A DNA stretch of 64,000 bases from Paraspadella gotoi (Eukaryota; Animalia; Chaetognatha): contig JBJCIZ010000744.1 of the NCBI GenBank assembly GCA_051294375.1, forward strand, positions 1,540,262 to 1,604,261, given 5' to 3'. Positions within the stretch are counted from its first letter, which is position 1. Each line of letters begins with the position of its first letter. Below are positions 38,501 through 51,400 of the stretch, in pieces. A program made the translations under genes and the position numbers. Under the pieces are notes generated by a model. That model was not told the origin of the DNA. It worked only from the letters and a program-made list of their open reading frames with translations, and ran no database searches.

Positions 38501-39898
38501 CTTCCAATCAAATCGAATCAAAAAAGATATGAGTCATTGAGACAGTTTCACCTGTGCATAAGAATAATATTATATATTATATATTGGTTGTACCAATTTC
38601 ATTAAGATATGAGTTGAATTGCTACAATATGCAAATGAGATTGAGGAAATCCTCCTTTCTCCCCATTCATCCCCCAGGACGTGGTGGAGGGCTACCTCCT
38701 CCCCTGCCGGTCTCGCCCCGACCTTTTCGACTCGGATCTCGTCGCCGCCGTCTTCGGCAACGTCGAACGCATCCTCGAGTTTCAGGAGGAGTTCGTCGCG
38801 GATCTCCAACGCGCCGTCCACTCAGAGGTTGGAGGAAGTTGGGGGGAGCCATAGCCTTTTACTTTATTTGTCAGCTAAATCAATTAAGATATGACATTGA
38901 ATGAATATTTTTTTTATTTCCACTTTCTCATTTAATCCAGGTCCGCCACCGGTCCTGCGTCGGCGCCTCATTTCTCAGAAATCGGGAAAAGTTCGAGGTT
39001 TACTCCGAGTATTGCAACAATCATCAGAACGCCATCATCACTCTAGTCAAACTCACCACCGAGACGGCGGACGCCAGGCAGGTAAGTGCGGCAGTCCATG
39101 GGGGATTTGTTGGCAGTAAATATGTAATAATTTTGAATTATTATACTAATAAACAGGCAAATCTTAAACTAGTTATTCCCTCGCTTTGTTTATTTTTTTT
39201 TTCGCAGTACCGTCTGTTTTTCGAAGGATGTCGCCTCCTGAGGAAGATGATGCCAATTTCTTTGGAAGGTGAGAAAAGATAATTCCGAAAGTTATTATAA
39301 GCTTTTTTTGTTTTTATCCTGTCTATTTTTAAATGTATGCTACGGCCAAGATTAGTAGTTGACCTCGATTTTTTCAATTTTTAACCCAGGTTTCCTTTTG
39401 ACTCCTGTCCAAAGAATCTGCAAATATCCTCTTCAACTCAACGAACTCCTCAAACACACGCCTTACTCTCATCCGGGTACCGTATATGGGGTTTTATCCC
39501 GCCTTTTTTCAATGCAACTAGAATCTCCTTTGGGGGCTTCCGACCCTCAGTGACACCTCCTGTCACTGGCGCGGTTACCCTAGGAGGGTCTCGCTTTGCC
39601 AACGCAGAGGGAACGATGGAGGATGTGAGGCGGTGTGAATATACCGCCACAATATATTATTGTAATTTATATTTGAACCCCATTTGACAGACCACTCGGA
39701 CGTGACGGAGGCGTTGGCGGCGATGAAGGACATTGCGACGATGATCAACGATCGTCGATCGAGGATCGAAGGACTCGAGTCGCTCGTCAGGTTGTGCTCT
39801 TGCTCTTGATGATGATGATGATGTTGAAAACTCTTTTGCTGATGACGTTGCAGATGCGGTTAATTCTGAATGCGGAAGGGAAGTCGTTGATGGTATTA

Positions 39899-39935
<37 letters not shown>

Positions 39936-41095
39936 TCTCTCCACAGAAACACACCCACAGGTTGCAAGAGAGTTTCGACGAATGGGAAGGACGATCCTTG
40001 GTCGCCGATAGCTCCGTCCTCGTTCATCAGGTTCATCTCCTATGAATCTTGATTTAAATCTTATTCTAAATACTGATCTAAATCTTATTTAAAATCCAAA
40101 TTTCATCGCCAAACGAAACTGTGAAAATTATCAAATCCCGCAGGGCGACATTTGCCGAGTGAGTGAATCGGGTTGGGTGAAGCAACTCTACCTCTTTCTC
40201 TTCGATCATCAGTTGATTTATTGCAAGAAGGAGTTGCTCAAGAATCGATACGTGTACAAGGGCAGAATTCGCACCAGTCGGGTATTACGAATCTTTGCAA
40301 TTTTATACATTTTTTTCAATTTATACTATGATATTAAGTGGCACATAGATACTTAAATATATATTTCAACATGCACAATCTTTTATTTTATTACAGGGGT
40401 TGCCTTACATTTATAGGATTTCTTTTTATTTTATTTTATTCTCATTTTAATTAAAATATTATTATTTATTGATCTTTAATAATAATTTTTCAGATGCAGA
40501 CGACGTTTTTACCCGACGGTAGGGATCCCGATTTCGACGTGGTCGTCCGCAACGCTTGGAAATGTTTCGACGGAGGAACGACGACGACGAAGGCGAATCA
40601 CAACAACAACAATCAGAAGAAGCATCAGAGGAGCAACTCGTTGTTGTTGCCTGGTGAGACGAAATTTGGCGGAATATGAGGCTTTATGAGAGTTTGTAAG
40701 AAAATGAGCGAGTTTAAAGAGTCTGAAAGAGTAAAAAAAAAAAATCTAAAAAAGTCTGAAAGAGTCTGAGATAGCTCCAAGAGTCTCTAAAGGAACGGTG
40801 AGGGTCTGTGTTTTACTCAGTCTGAAAGATGAGAGTCTGTGAGAATTAAAAGTATTTAATATTGGAGATGGAGAGTTGAATTTTGTTATCTCCTTTTCCT
40901 TTAGCTTTCAAAACCCCCACCCTCCCCCCCCACGCCTCTGTCCTCCCCTTTTCCCCCTGCCAGGTCAACCCCTCTGCTTCCTCTTCTACGCAAAATCCAA
41001 AGGCGACGCCGCCAAATGGAAATCTGCCTTCGAAGAGGAGAGGAGAATCGTCGCAGATGATGAAACCAAGGGCTTTCACGTCCCAGCTTATATAA

Positions 41096-41164
<69 letters not shown>

Positions 41165-43412
41165 GATACATCAGTCAGGGGCGAGATGGCTTGTTTATTA
41201 AATGCACGAATAATTTTTATTTTGGTTGTCCCAGTTTTATGTACGTTAATTATTATTTAAATGTGCCCAAAGCCCATATCATTCCCCTTTTTCTACTCCC
41301 AGAAACTCTGTTGCTGTTCTCAAGTCGAAGAAGGCTGAGAAGCCGTCGCGTGGGAAAGTCATGGGGTCTTCGCTGAGCGGGTCCTCATTAAAGTGAGTCT
41401 TTTGGGTCTTAAGGGGATCTAGTAACCAGGGAGTAAAAAGGTTAAAGCATAACGTTTAAATTCAATTTGTTTTTTTTTTATATTTTTTTTTATTAAAAAA
41501 ATTTATTTTTAATTTTTTTTATTATGAGAATTTTCCTTTTATTTTCTATAAAAATTAATTTTAATTTAAAATTAAAAAAATTTTAATTTTTTTAAAAATA
41601 AATTAAAAATAATTTTTAAAAATATTTTTGAGTAATTTTATATAAGTATAAATATAAAATATATATATAAATATATAAATTTTTAAAAAAGATTAATTAA
41701 AATTTGTTTCCATAATTATTAATTTTTTGTTTTTGTTATAATAAAATATTTTTTTTTATTTTCCCCTGAAAAAATTATTAATTATTATCATTCAATTTTT
41801 TTTAATGATAGATTATTAAGCTAATAATATCATTTTTATCATTGAGTCCCCTTAATGATATAAATTAAATTTTTATATGAATAACATCCGATTATCTTTT
41901 TTTTCTGTTTAAATGTTCAATTTTGAATTTTTTTCATTTCGTTTTTATTTTCTTCCTTTTTTTTTTTTGTATTTCTTCTATTTTTCCTAGTACAATATGC
42001 AAATGGTTTAATTTCTCTCCCTTTCCGCAGAACCATCGTCGGCCTCGGAAAAGTCGGGGAGAAGAAATCTAAATCGTCATCGAGTCTCGGACGATCGAGG
42101 AACATCTTCGACGAAGGTCAGGGTTCGACTATTAAGTCTTTCTTATTTTAAATATATTTTATTTATTAATTTATTTATTAATTTAATTTTGTTTATCACT
42201 CAATCCTACTTTCAATTATTAATTCGGCCTTTTATTCTGTAATTCATTCATTAATTCATTTCATGATTTATTTATTTGTTAACTTTTACATTCACCTATT
42301 TTGTCATTCATTCATTAATCCAATCATTTATACACTTATTCATTCATTACCCTCATTCATTCAATCATTCATTCCCAATTCCATTACAACAGCTCCCCTT
42401 ACGATCGAGGCCGCGCAAGAGATCGTCCGCGGACCGGAAGCCGCCGCCACGCCCCTCCACGACGCCGCCGTACGCCCCAACGACGCCGAAAGTCGGACCG
42501 AAGTCGGCGGCGTCATTTCAAAGGCATTGAGCGGCGTCGATGAGAACGACAACGAAAACGTCGAGTTTGGGAAGAATCACAGGTACCTTTAGTAATTTTA
42601 AAATTGATATTAGTATTACATTAATATGCAATTAATCTTATTAAATACCACAATATGCAAAAAATTTCTGTCCGGCTCCATTTACAGCGCGTCTTCAAAC
42701 GTCGATGGCGTCGTACTCGTGGAGGGACATCCGGTTAAACTGCGTCGCGCCGGAAAGAAAGGATCCCGGCGTCGGGCAGACCATTTGCCGCCGCCGGCGC
42801 CGCGCCAGCCGAACAGGCCGCTCTCGGTGCCGACGCCGGCCGGGATTTTACGGGCGAAGAGCAATTCTCTTCCGAGGTGAGGGAAAGAGATAGAGAGAAA
42901 CAGACGTAGAGAAAGAGAGAGAAAAAGAAAAAGCCTTTATTAAAAAAAATTTCCCCTTCTCTCTTAATCCTTGGTCTATTTTTCGTTTTCCCACTCTTCC
43001 TTTCCTCTTTTCATTCTTCTTTACTTTTTATTTTTTCTTTCCTCCTTTTCACTCCCCAATTTTTATTTCTTTTTCTTTATAATTCCTTATTATTTTCTCC
43101 TCTTTCATGTTTGTTTTCTTCTCTTTCCTTCCTTCCTCTTTCCTTCCTCCCTCTTTCCTTCCTCTTTCCTTCCTTCCTCTTTCCTTCCTCCCTCTTTCCT
43201 TCCTTCCTTTTTCCTTCCTTCTTCTTTCCTTCCTCCCTCTTTCCTTCCTCCTTCTTTCCTTCCTCCCTCTTTCCTTCCTCCCTACTTTCAGATCCGCCAA
43301 TTTGTCTCAAGAGGTTTTAATGGAAGCGAAGGAGGAAGATGAAGAGTCGAAAATGGGGAAGAGGAGTTGGATGTCGCAGTTGAGAAAGTGGAACGTGAGG
43401 ACGAAGACGTGA
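27002..43412 (+). CDS. Rho guanine nucleotide exchange factor of the ASEF/collybistin family (ARHGEF4/ARHGEF9/SPATA13-like): long low-complexity N-terminus, then SH3-DH-PH
   Basis: Putative first exon 27002-27083 ([15 protein letters not shown]..). Large Gln/Ser-rich exon 27699-30041. SH3 in 37045-37171 ([37 protein letters not shown]) and 37597-37723 (GWNPGNHV). DH exons 38296-38408 ([20 protein letters not shown]), 38678-38827, 38941-39081, 39208-39268 ([11 protein letters not shown]), 39391-39475 ([23 protein letters not shown]), 39691-39791. PH exons 40144-40281 ([21 protein letters not shown]), 40494-40653 ([13 protein letters not shown]), 40963-41096 ([33 protein letters not shown]). 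Last exon 43292-43412. The N-terminal exon set is less certain. Confidence 0.9.
31608..31692 (+). repeat. ~16-bp tandem array built from the exon end plus donor (gatttggtcag|gtgag)
   Basis: aagatttggtcaggtgaggatttggtcagggtaggatttggtctggtgatgatttagtcaggtgcggatttggtttgggtg; counterpart at ~13448-13530. Confidence 0.85.
34626..34790 (+). mobile_element. tRNA(Gly-like)-derived SINE-like element, family C
   Basis: 34626-34697 is 72 nt with a 7-bp acceptor stem (gcggcca/tggtcgc), a ctcccaa loop and a T-arm ctggg..cccgg with a degenerate loop. It is followed by a body containing the hairpin ctgtaacatgatgttacag. Confidence 0.6.
34795..34917 (+). repeat. ~60-bp direct tandem duplication next to the SINE tail
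   Basis: actaacacataacaataattactgtctcttcaataattacaatattaatgaatagata occurs twice. Confidence 0.85.
35830..36005 (-). mobile_element. SINE-like family A element
   Basis: Near-identical over ~170 bp to 63052-63240, which retains a B-box-like ggttcaatccc on the - strand. Confidence 0.7.
37160..37352 (+). repeat. ~23-bp tandem array built from the SH3-exon end plus donor (ggctggagcag|gtagg)
   Basis: Repeated ggctggagcagg(g)t(t)agg units directly follow the true donor at 37172; counterpart at ~18694-18892. Confidence 0.85.
39528..39615 (-). mobile_element. SINE-like family B fragment
   Basis: Reverse complement of 51853-51935 (ccctctgcgttggcaaagcgagacc..tagggtaac.gcgccagtgacaggagg.gtcactgagggt). 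Confidence 0.65.
41099..41158. repeat. (GA)n microsatellite starting at a splice donor
   Basis: ag|gtgagagagag... directly after RhoGEF exon 40963-41096. Confidence 0.95.
41455..41900. other. Extremely AT-rich intronic tract
   Basis: Almost pure A/T runs within RhoGEF intron 41393-42030. Confidence 0.85.
43125..43285. repeat. Polypyrimidine (ttccttcctccctct)n-type low-complexity array upstream of the last RhoGEF acceptor
   Basis: Repeating ~15-nt C/T units; source of the spurious FLPPS/RKERG ORFs. Confidence 0.9.
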
Positions 43413-43815
43413 GGGGGAGAAAAAGGAAATAACCTAACCCAGTGACCCTGAGAATAAAAAGACCAATATGACCCCGCGATCGGATCAGACCCCGAGGGGG
43501 GAACGTCCTGGCGAAAAAAAAAACTTGCTCGGGTCTGGGATGCGTGTCTTACCCTAATGACTCACGGATTTCGCTCTTCGAGACTTCGGAAGTTTACCAC
43601 ACAAATTGGCCTTTATCATTAAAATGAAAGGGTGAAATGATACTTATCATTCAACCAAAGATTTTTTGATCCGAGGGATACCTGGTTTGTGGTTTTCTAC
43701 CAACAAACATTATTTTTACCAGCGATTATTAGACCTATCAATTAACATTTTGCGAAAAAATGAAAAGCCTTTTTTAAATCACGGCTGTTAATTTTTGAGG
43801 AATGTATAATTAGTA

Positions 43816-43816
<1 letters not shown>

Positions 43817-43861
<45 letters not shown>
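43817..43861. repeat. (CT)n microsatellite in the RhoGEF 3' region
   Basis: Perfect CT run. Similar runs at 47367-47404 (GA), 53645-53702 and 57755-57794. Confidence 0.95.
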
Positions 43862-43865
<4 letters not shown>

Positions 43866-44834
43866 CGGGATTACGTTAGATTAGTTTCCCAATATAATAC
43901 GTTTAAACAAATACATATAACTCTGATTACCGCGAACTATGAATTTTAAAAAAATCCTTTCATCGCTTGGATATCTTCTCTTGCTTATTCTTAGATAGTC
44001 ACAAAACATCACGTATCACAAGTTAGTGCCATTTTTTTGCCGTGTGCCTTGTTAAAGAAATTGCTCCTTCGTAATCTATTTCGTTCGTTGTTATAAATTC
44101 CGCCCTCTCTCAGTCTTCCATCCGACGAAAAATATAAAGCGCTTTCATAATTGTTAAAAATGTTACAAATTCGATCAATTTACAACAGACTTAAGTCACG
44201 CTTGTTTAAATGATAACTTGGAAAAGTACTAACTTTTTACAATAAATTATTTTATATACTTATTCGCAAGTTACATACGGGATCGTCAGTGTTTACGTAT
44301 GTCCGACTGTTTTGGCAGCGATCTTATCTTTTGGTTCTTTTTTCCCTTTCTTTCTTACTTCTTACTTCTCAAATTATTTGTTGACTATTAATTTTTCGTT
44401 AATTTCGGGTATCGCTGAGCCAAGCCTTACTTAAAGTTAAACCGTTTATTTTTGTCGGTACTAAATTGTTCGTTATCTGTTTAAATATACTCGTGCCTTT
44501 TCGAAATGTCAAAGAAATATATACCGTTTAGATTCTTAATACAACTTTTACATTGGTGTTGCTGTTTCAATTATTTCTTCTCTCTCGAAATTATTTTCTC
44601 GTAATATTTTTTCCATTTTTTTTATTACAGAGTACATGCAGTGTACACTACAGTATACAGTGTATACATATCTCGTAGATTATTATTTATTGGAAGACGA
44701 GTATTTATAAACAATATCAACGATGAGGAAACGAACTTTGCGACGAAACGAGATCGTCTGAGACTCAAGAGAAACGGATAGAGAGGGAGACAATATTATA
44801 ATAGAAATCTAAGCGCTATAGAGAGACAGAGGCG

Positions 44835-47360
44835 ATGGGCAACCAACTGACGGCTCGCGCGCCGTCGCAAATCCTCAGCGTGGAGAGCTACTTGAACGAA
44901 TTGGTGGATTTCGAGTTCGAAGGAAATCTCGGCAGCACCAGGTTCTTTAAGGTAAGGTGTGGGTAAGGGAAAGGGTATAATCATGAGAGGTGTGTTATGC
45001 GTTGGAGGCGGGGAAGTTGAGAGGAGGGGAAGGGTTGACTTTAAGGGGAGGAGGGGAGGGGTTGACTTTAAGGGGAGGAGGGGAGAGGTATGATTCAAAT
45101 GAATTTCTATTCCCACCTCAAATTTTCTCATTTTGTATTATTTTTTCGTTCTTGTTCCCCGTCCTCTGGACAATCATCTCCCGCTCCATCTGCTCCTCGA
45201 CGGCTTAGGTGGCGAAGGCGGGACACAAAGAGGGAAGCGTCGTCGTCAAGGTCTTCGCAATCAACGACCCTTCTTTGCTTCTCAAGGTGAGGATGATGAT
45301 GATGCTTATGATGATTATGATGATGATGATGATAACGATAACGAGATTCTCTTTGCAGAAGTCAAGTCGACTCCTTGACTTTTCTTATTTATCGATAAAT
45401 TTTGAAACATTCTTTACCCCCCCCCAATTTCCCCTCCCACCCCCCCTCTCCTTCCTCCTCCTCCCCCCAAAAACAGGAATACAAACTCCAAGTGGACCAA
45501 ATTCGCACTCAGCTGCAACACGCCACCAACTGTCTCCCTTACCAAAGAACCACGGTCCCGCCTGAACTTAGCGACAGAGCCGCCCTGCTCTTCCGTCAAT
45601 ACGTCAAGGACAGTCTGTACGACAGGTAGTGATGTAGGGAGGGGGAATCTTATTTCAAATACTTCTCATAGTAAAAGTCCATTTTTGGGTTTCACGATTT
45701 TTAGTCACTGAACGATTTTTATAGATATTTGAAGATTGAAAGTTTATCCATGAACTTTACTCGCCTTTTTATAAATCTTTTAAATTGTCACATCGAGTAA
45801 TATGTAAACTAATACAATGTATAAGGTAATGTCATGTACTCTCTCTCTCATTCTCTCTCTGTCTCTAGGATTTCGACTCGCCCTTTTCTTATCCCCATCG
45901 AAAAAAAATGGATGACATTCCAACTCCTCTGCGCCCTCAATCAGTGTCACAAGGCAAAGGTAAGTTCGATGCTTTGACGACATCAACGACAACCCAACCA
46001 TGACCTCATCTCTTTCAAACTGAGATAATCCCTCAGCATTGCTCTTGGGTTCTTTTGAAAAAAATCTTAAAAAAGATTTAAGTGACCGCAACTGACCAAT
46101 TTGACCAGAATCACACAGACGGCCCGCTTTCTCAATCTTTGAATGGCGGAGATAAACATTCGCGATCTCATTCAAAGACTTTCGTGATAAGAAAAATTGA
46201 TATTGTTAAATAATACTTATTCGTATTCTTCTGCTGATTGTTATTCTCCTTCTTAATTTTATTTTCAGAAATCCTCTCTCTCTCTCGTATTGGTTGTGAT
46301 ACCTCTTCCCCAACTTTGATTCGCCATTCCTCCCCACCTCCAACCACCCCACTCGCCTTCCCCTTCACTAGGTCTGCCACGGCGACATCAAGACGGAGAA
46401 CGTCTTGGTCACTTCATGGAATTGGGTCTTTCTCTCCGACTTCGCCTCCGCCTTCAAACCAACCTTCATGTGCGCCGACAACCCCGAGGATTTCAACTTC
46501 TTCTTCGACACCTCGCGGCGGAGGGTGTGCAACATCGCGCCCGAAAGGTTCGTCCGTGGGGGGTGGCGATGCGTGAATGACATCCGGAACTGAGATTGTT
46601 CAACAGTTGATGTCATCGATCGATAATGTCTACAGTAATGATATGAAATTGGTACAACCAATATAAAAATTATCCATTCATTTAATAAATAAGACTTTGG
46701 ACAGGCTTTGGTGGTTTAAGGCCTCCATCACTCTTACAAGATAATGTCAATAATTTTAATTTTTCAATAATAATTTTATTTACCTCCCGCTTTGGAGAGG
46801 TAAAAATTTCATCGAATCTTTTATCATCTTTGAATTTTCCCGCCAAAATATCTTTTTCCTGTTCTTCCTAATTAATCATATTCCTCTTCCTCCCCTTTCA
46901 ACCGACTTCCGCCCCGTTCTCCTTCTTCTTTCATTTTCCCTCTTCCTATCCCCTCCCTCTCTCTCTTCCTCCTCCCTCCCTCCCTTAGTCAGCTAGGATT
47001 ACAAGAATAATTAAAGTAATAAACTAGCAATTATGACAATTAAATCATTAATTATTTAGCTATTAATGGAACCACAAATAAACATGATCATTTACTAATG
47101 TAAAATAATAATATTAAACCTTTAAGGTAATAGAATAAAAATTTATCAAAGCTTAATCAGAATACGACAAAATGCAAAAGAGGTTGAGGAAGTCAATCTC
47201 ATTTCAGACAATTCACAAATTAATCTGCTACATCTCCTCCCTCCCTCTCTATCTCCTCCCTCCCTCCGTCTCTTCCTCTTTTCCAGATTCCTCGCTTCCT
47301 CGTCAGCTCTGAGCAGAGTTCGTCAGGCGGGAGAGATGGTCATTCAAGGATCCGAAGTCA

Positions 47361-47408
<48 letters not shown>

Positions 47409-48453
47409 AAGGTTAGGTTAGAAAGAAAGAAAGAAAGAAAAATAAAGAGAGAAAATAAAAGCCGACTAAATCGCGTAATGAATCTCATCTTTCAATACCG
47501 TCACTTCATAAGGCTCGAAACCCGTCGTCAGCGGCGGCAGCAGCGCCAGCAGCGGCTGGGAGCCCCTCGAGCCTTCGATGGACGTCTTCTCTCTCGGCTG
47601 CGTCGTCTTCGAACTCTTCGCCGAAGGGAAGCCGCTCTTCGATTATTCGGAACTCCTCGCCTTCACCGTGGATCAGCACGATCCGCGGGAGAAGATCGAG
47701 TCGATAGAAGATGGGGATATCAGGTGGGCGTGGCCGAGGGTGATGGGCAGAGGAGGAAGATAGAAGATCGAGTCGATAGAAGATGGGGATATCGGGTGGG
47801 CGTGGCAGAGGGGGATGGGCAGAGGAGGAAGATATGAGAGGAAGAGGAATATTATGACTTTTTAGGGTTGTCATATGAGGCAGTGATTTTGATTTGGGTA
47901 TTTTCAACATTGAAATGGAAACTTAAATAACTATTAATTATTTTTTCCCACTGATAAATATGAAACTTTCTTTATTTAAAAAAACGGTTGGCATTAGTTA
48001 TCTTCTCCTTATAACATAGAACTCACTGGGTGAATTTCTATGCTTTTAAAATACGGTAAGACATGATTTCTTTCACGTTAATCATTCCAATTACGGTATC
48101 AGCCTTTGTTAAAAAGAAACTAAAAACGATTTTTCATGGTAAGAACAACTTTTAATGATAAAATTGCTCGTAAGATCTGTCGCGTTTTTTAGATATACTA
48201 CTGCTTAGGCAAAAATCGGCACGCTATATTATTAAACTTTGTTTTGTTTTCCACTGCTTTTCTTGTTTTCTTTCTTTCTCGAACTTTCGCTCTGACTCTC
48301 TTTTTCTCTTTCTATCTGTGTGAAGTATTTTGATTCTTCACGCCAACATAATAAGCGTTAAATTTTATTTTAATTCGTCATAGTCAGTCACTCTCTGTCC
48401 TACAACTGTTCTCACCCTCAATACTATCCATAACTCAATTCTTTGGTGGACGT

Positions 48454-48488
<35 letters not shown>

Positions 48489-51400
48489 TCATCATAATGT
48501 TTGATAAAATTAACACTGCGCTGAAGAAGACTCGAAAAAGATTCAAAACATGTCCATTTCAAAAATAAAACTCGTTGTTTGTAAACAAAAATAAACTTTT
48601 TCTCTCTCAATTTTATTTCGAGAAAACTTCGGTAGCGTATGATTTTATTCAAAGTTTGGTTGCCAAGCAGATTTAAAAATCTACAGATTTTTGCGGAAAT
48701 TTTTTCGCAAAAACCTGTCGATTGAGAGGGAAAAAATTACTGACGCTTTCCATTACATTAAAAGAATGCGGTTTTTTTTAATTCGTTAACCTTAGTATAT
48801 TTCTCATCTATTAAAACTATAAAATAAGTCAAAAACCGATTTTAGTTTAAATAAAACGCACCTCACAAATACTCACAAATTAAAAGTAGGCTTAAAAATT
48901 TTTTTGCAGCAAAACTATTAAATTTTTGCCCTAATTTTTTAGGTACCAGAAGCACCAACAATAGGGAATATTTGATTAGAATTGTGGACATTTGAAGTAT
49001 TTTCGTTTAACAAATTGTAATAAAATGTAAAAATGTAAGTTTTTTACTCGTCAATTTAAAAATTAATACATAGGCAAACAATAGATGACTAATGGCAAAT
49101 GAACCAACTCAGAGGTAAAGAAGATAAGAAGGACCCAAAAGCCGGAGTAAAAATTTTTTCTTCAATGATCTTAGCGTTCAAATCTCAAGACAAAAGTCAA
49201 AATGGACAAAAATGGACATAATTTTTTTTATTAAAAGTAGCAAAAATGATATTGATTCTTGATTAGAAAATGCAGCAGATGATTTTAATTAATCTGTAGT
49301 CTCGCCAACTTTGTCTTAGAGTTAAAATTTAATCATTTTTGTGGTAATATTCTAACAGCTATTTGGAAAAAAAAGTGGTTTTTTTGCTAAATTCCTTGAT
49401 AGAAATCACTGCCATGAATGTGTAATGAAGATCATGTCGATAGAAGATGGGGATATCAGGTGGGCGTGGCCAGAGGGGGGATGGGCAGAGGAGGAAGATA
49501 GAGAGAAGATCGAGTCGATCGAATGGGGATATCGGGTGGGGGTGGATGAGGGGATGGGCAGAGGAGGAAGATAGAGAGAAGATCGAGTCGATAGAAGATG
49601 GGGATATCGGGTGGGCGTGGCATAGGGGGATGGGCAGAGGAGGAAGATAGAAAGAGGAAGATTGTGACTTTTTAGGGTTGTCATATTAAGAATGAATGCA
49701 TTTTCTTTGATTTGGCGTCGGTTTTAATGTCAGACCTCCGCTATGGGCTTATTGAATTTTTTTTTGGTATCCATCGTCTGAGTTTGTCGTTTATTACTAC
49801 TTACAATTGAATAGGAAATAATTAGGACAAATTTAGTGTAAGGGAAAAAAATATATGTTTTATCGTTGACATTTACGGAGAATTTTATCTTTTTTTTTTT
49901 CTTTTTTCATTTCAGAGATTTGGTGAAGAGCATGACCCAACTGAATCCCAAAAACAGGTGGGTTATTGTTAATTATTTTTGTTTTTAATTCATTAATTAA
50001 TTAATAGTATTAAAAATTAATTTTAGGAAATCCGCTGAGGAATACCTCGTCGAACAAAAGGGAAAAGCTTTTCCCGATTACTTTTACTCTTACCTCAAGC
50101 TTTATCTCCAGGTGACATTGAATATTAATTATTATTATATTGTTATTAATAAATATTAACGAGATATTGTGTATTAGTGTGAGTGAGTTACTGAGAGATT
50201 GAGAAAGAGAGCGCTTCAAGTTCGTTAAGTTATAAGAATTATATCCCTAAAATTGTACTAAAATAAAATAAAATTACTTTTCCTCTCTCCCTCCACCGCC
50301 GCAACCAACCCGCTCCCCCTCCCCCCTAAATAAAGCGCTTCGCCGTCCCGCCCATGATGACCAAGGACGAGTCCGTCCTCCGCCTCCGCCGCGACCTCGA
50401 CGTCATCCTCGAAGGGATGGAGGCGTCGTCGTCGTCGTCTTCCCGCGCGAACAACGCCTGCCTCGTCATCCTCGTCTCCCTCGTCACTTCCGCCCAACGA
50501 AATCTCTTCCATCTGGAATCCAAGATGGCGTCGATCGATCTCCTCGACGCCATCGCCGCTTTGGTCGAGGCGGAGATCGTCCTCGATCGAATCTTGCCCT
50601 CTTTGTTGTTCATGGTCGGCGACCCATTTCCCAGGGTCCGGGCGAGGGCGATAGGAGGTTGGGATTTAAAAGGGGGCGGGGGGGGGGCGGTGAGAGGTCA
50701 AGTGGTTGGATGGCCCTGTTGGCCAGAGACTTGTGAATGCTGAAAGACGCGATGAAAAAGAAATGGAATGGAAAAGAACGGGATTGGTCTTTGGATCTCG
50801 TAATTTATAGTGGATTTCCTACATTTAGAAGCTAAATACCGTTGTGATTCAAAGCTTCGCTGAATCTTGAGATGGGTTCGTCTATCAACGTTTTCAATTT
50901 TCTTTCTGATTATTTCTTTTCCCCTTTTCCATTTCTTCGTTCCCTTTTTTCCCCTTTCCTTTCCTCCCTTTCCTTCCCTTCCCATTTCCTCGTTCCTTCT
51001 TCCCCCTTTCCTTTCCTTTCCTCTCTTTTCCTCCATCAGCGATCGCCAACGTTCTCTCTCTCGTCGTCTCTCTCCCTCGAGGCGAAGCCAACGTCTTCCC
51101 GGAATACGTGTTTCCCGCCATTAACGAAGTCTCGCAGGACGAGGTGAGGGATCGCTTTTAAGCGGTTTGGTTTGGGTGAGTTTGGGTGAGTTCCCCGACG
51201 AGTCTTTCCCAACCAATTTCACTCACGAGAGACGGAGATACAGTCAGATCACAAATCGCGAGAATGGTCAAAAGACATGAGAATTGTAATAAAAGATATG
51301 AGATATGATTTAAATTACTACAATATGTAAATGAGATTGAAGAACTAAATCTCGTTTGAAATTAACCTCGAAACAACAACCGTTTTACTCTTCTGAACAC

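Larger units (their letters stand above)
21080..39190 (+). repeat. Copy 2 of the duplicated Rab23 + RhoGEF block
   Basis: Co-linear with 1050-20692 and continues without a break into the unique RhoGEF 3' exons. Confidence 0.95.

Noticed and set aside
42971-43342. Phe/Leu/Pro/Ser-rich and Arg/Lys/Glu-rich ORFs (also at 4936, 7383, 12999, 23115, 50698)
   Set aside because: They are translations of intronic polypyrimidine tracts and their complements.
47880-49426. Autonomous transposon or LTR element between the direct repeats
   Set aside because: No transposase, RT or gag ORF is present, and the direct repeats derive from host exon/intron sequence and lack TG..CA ends.
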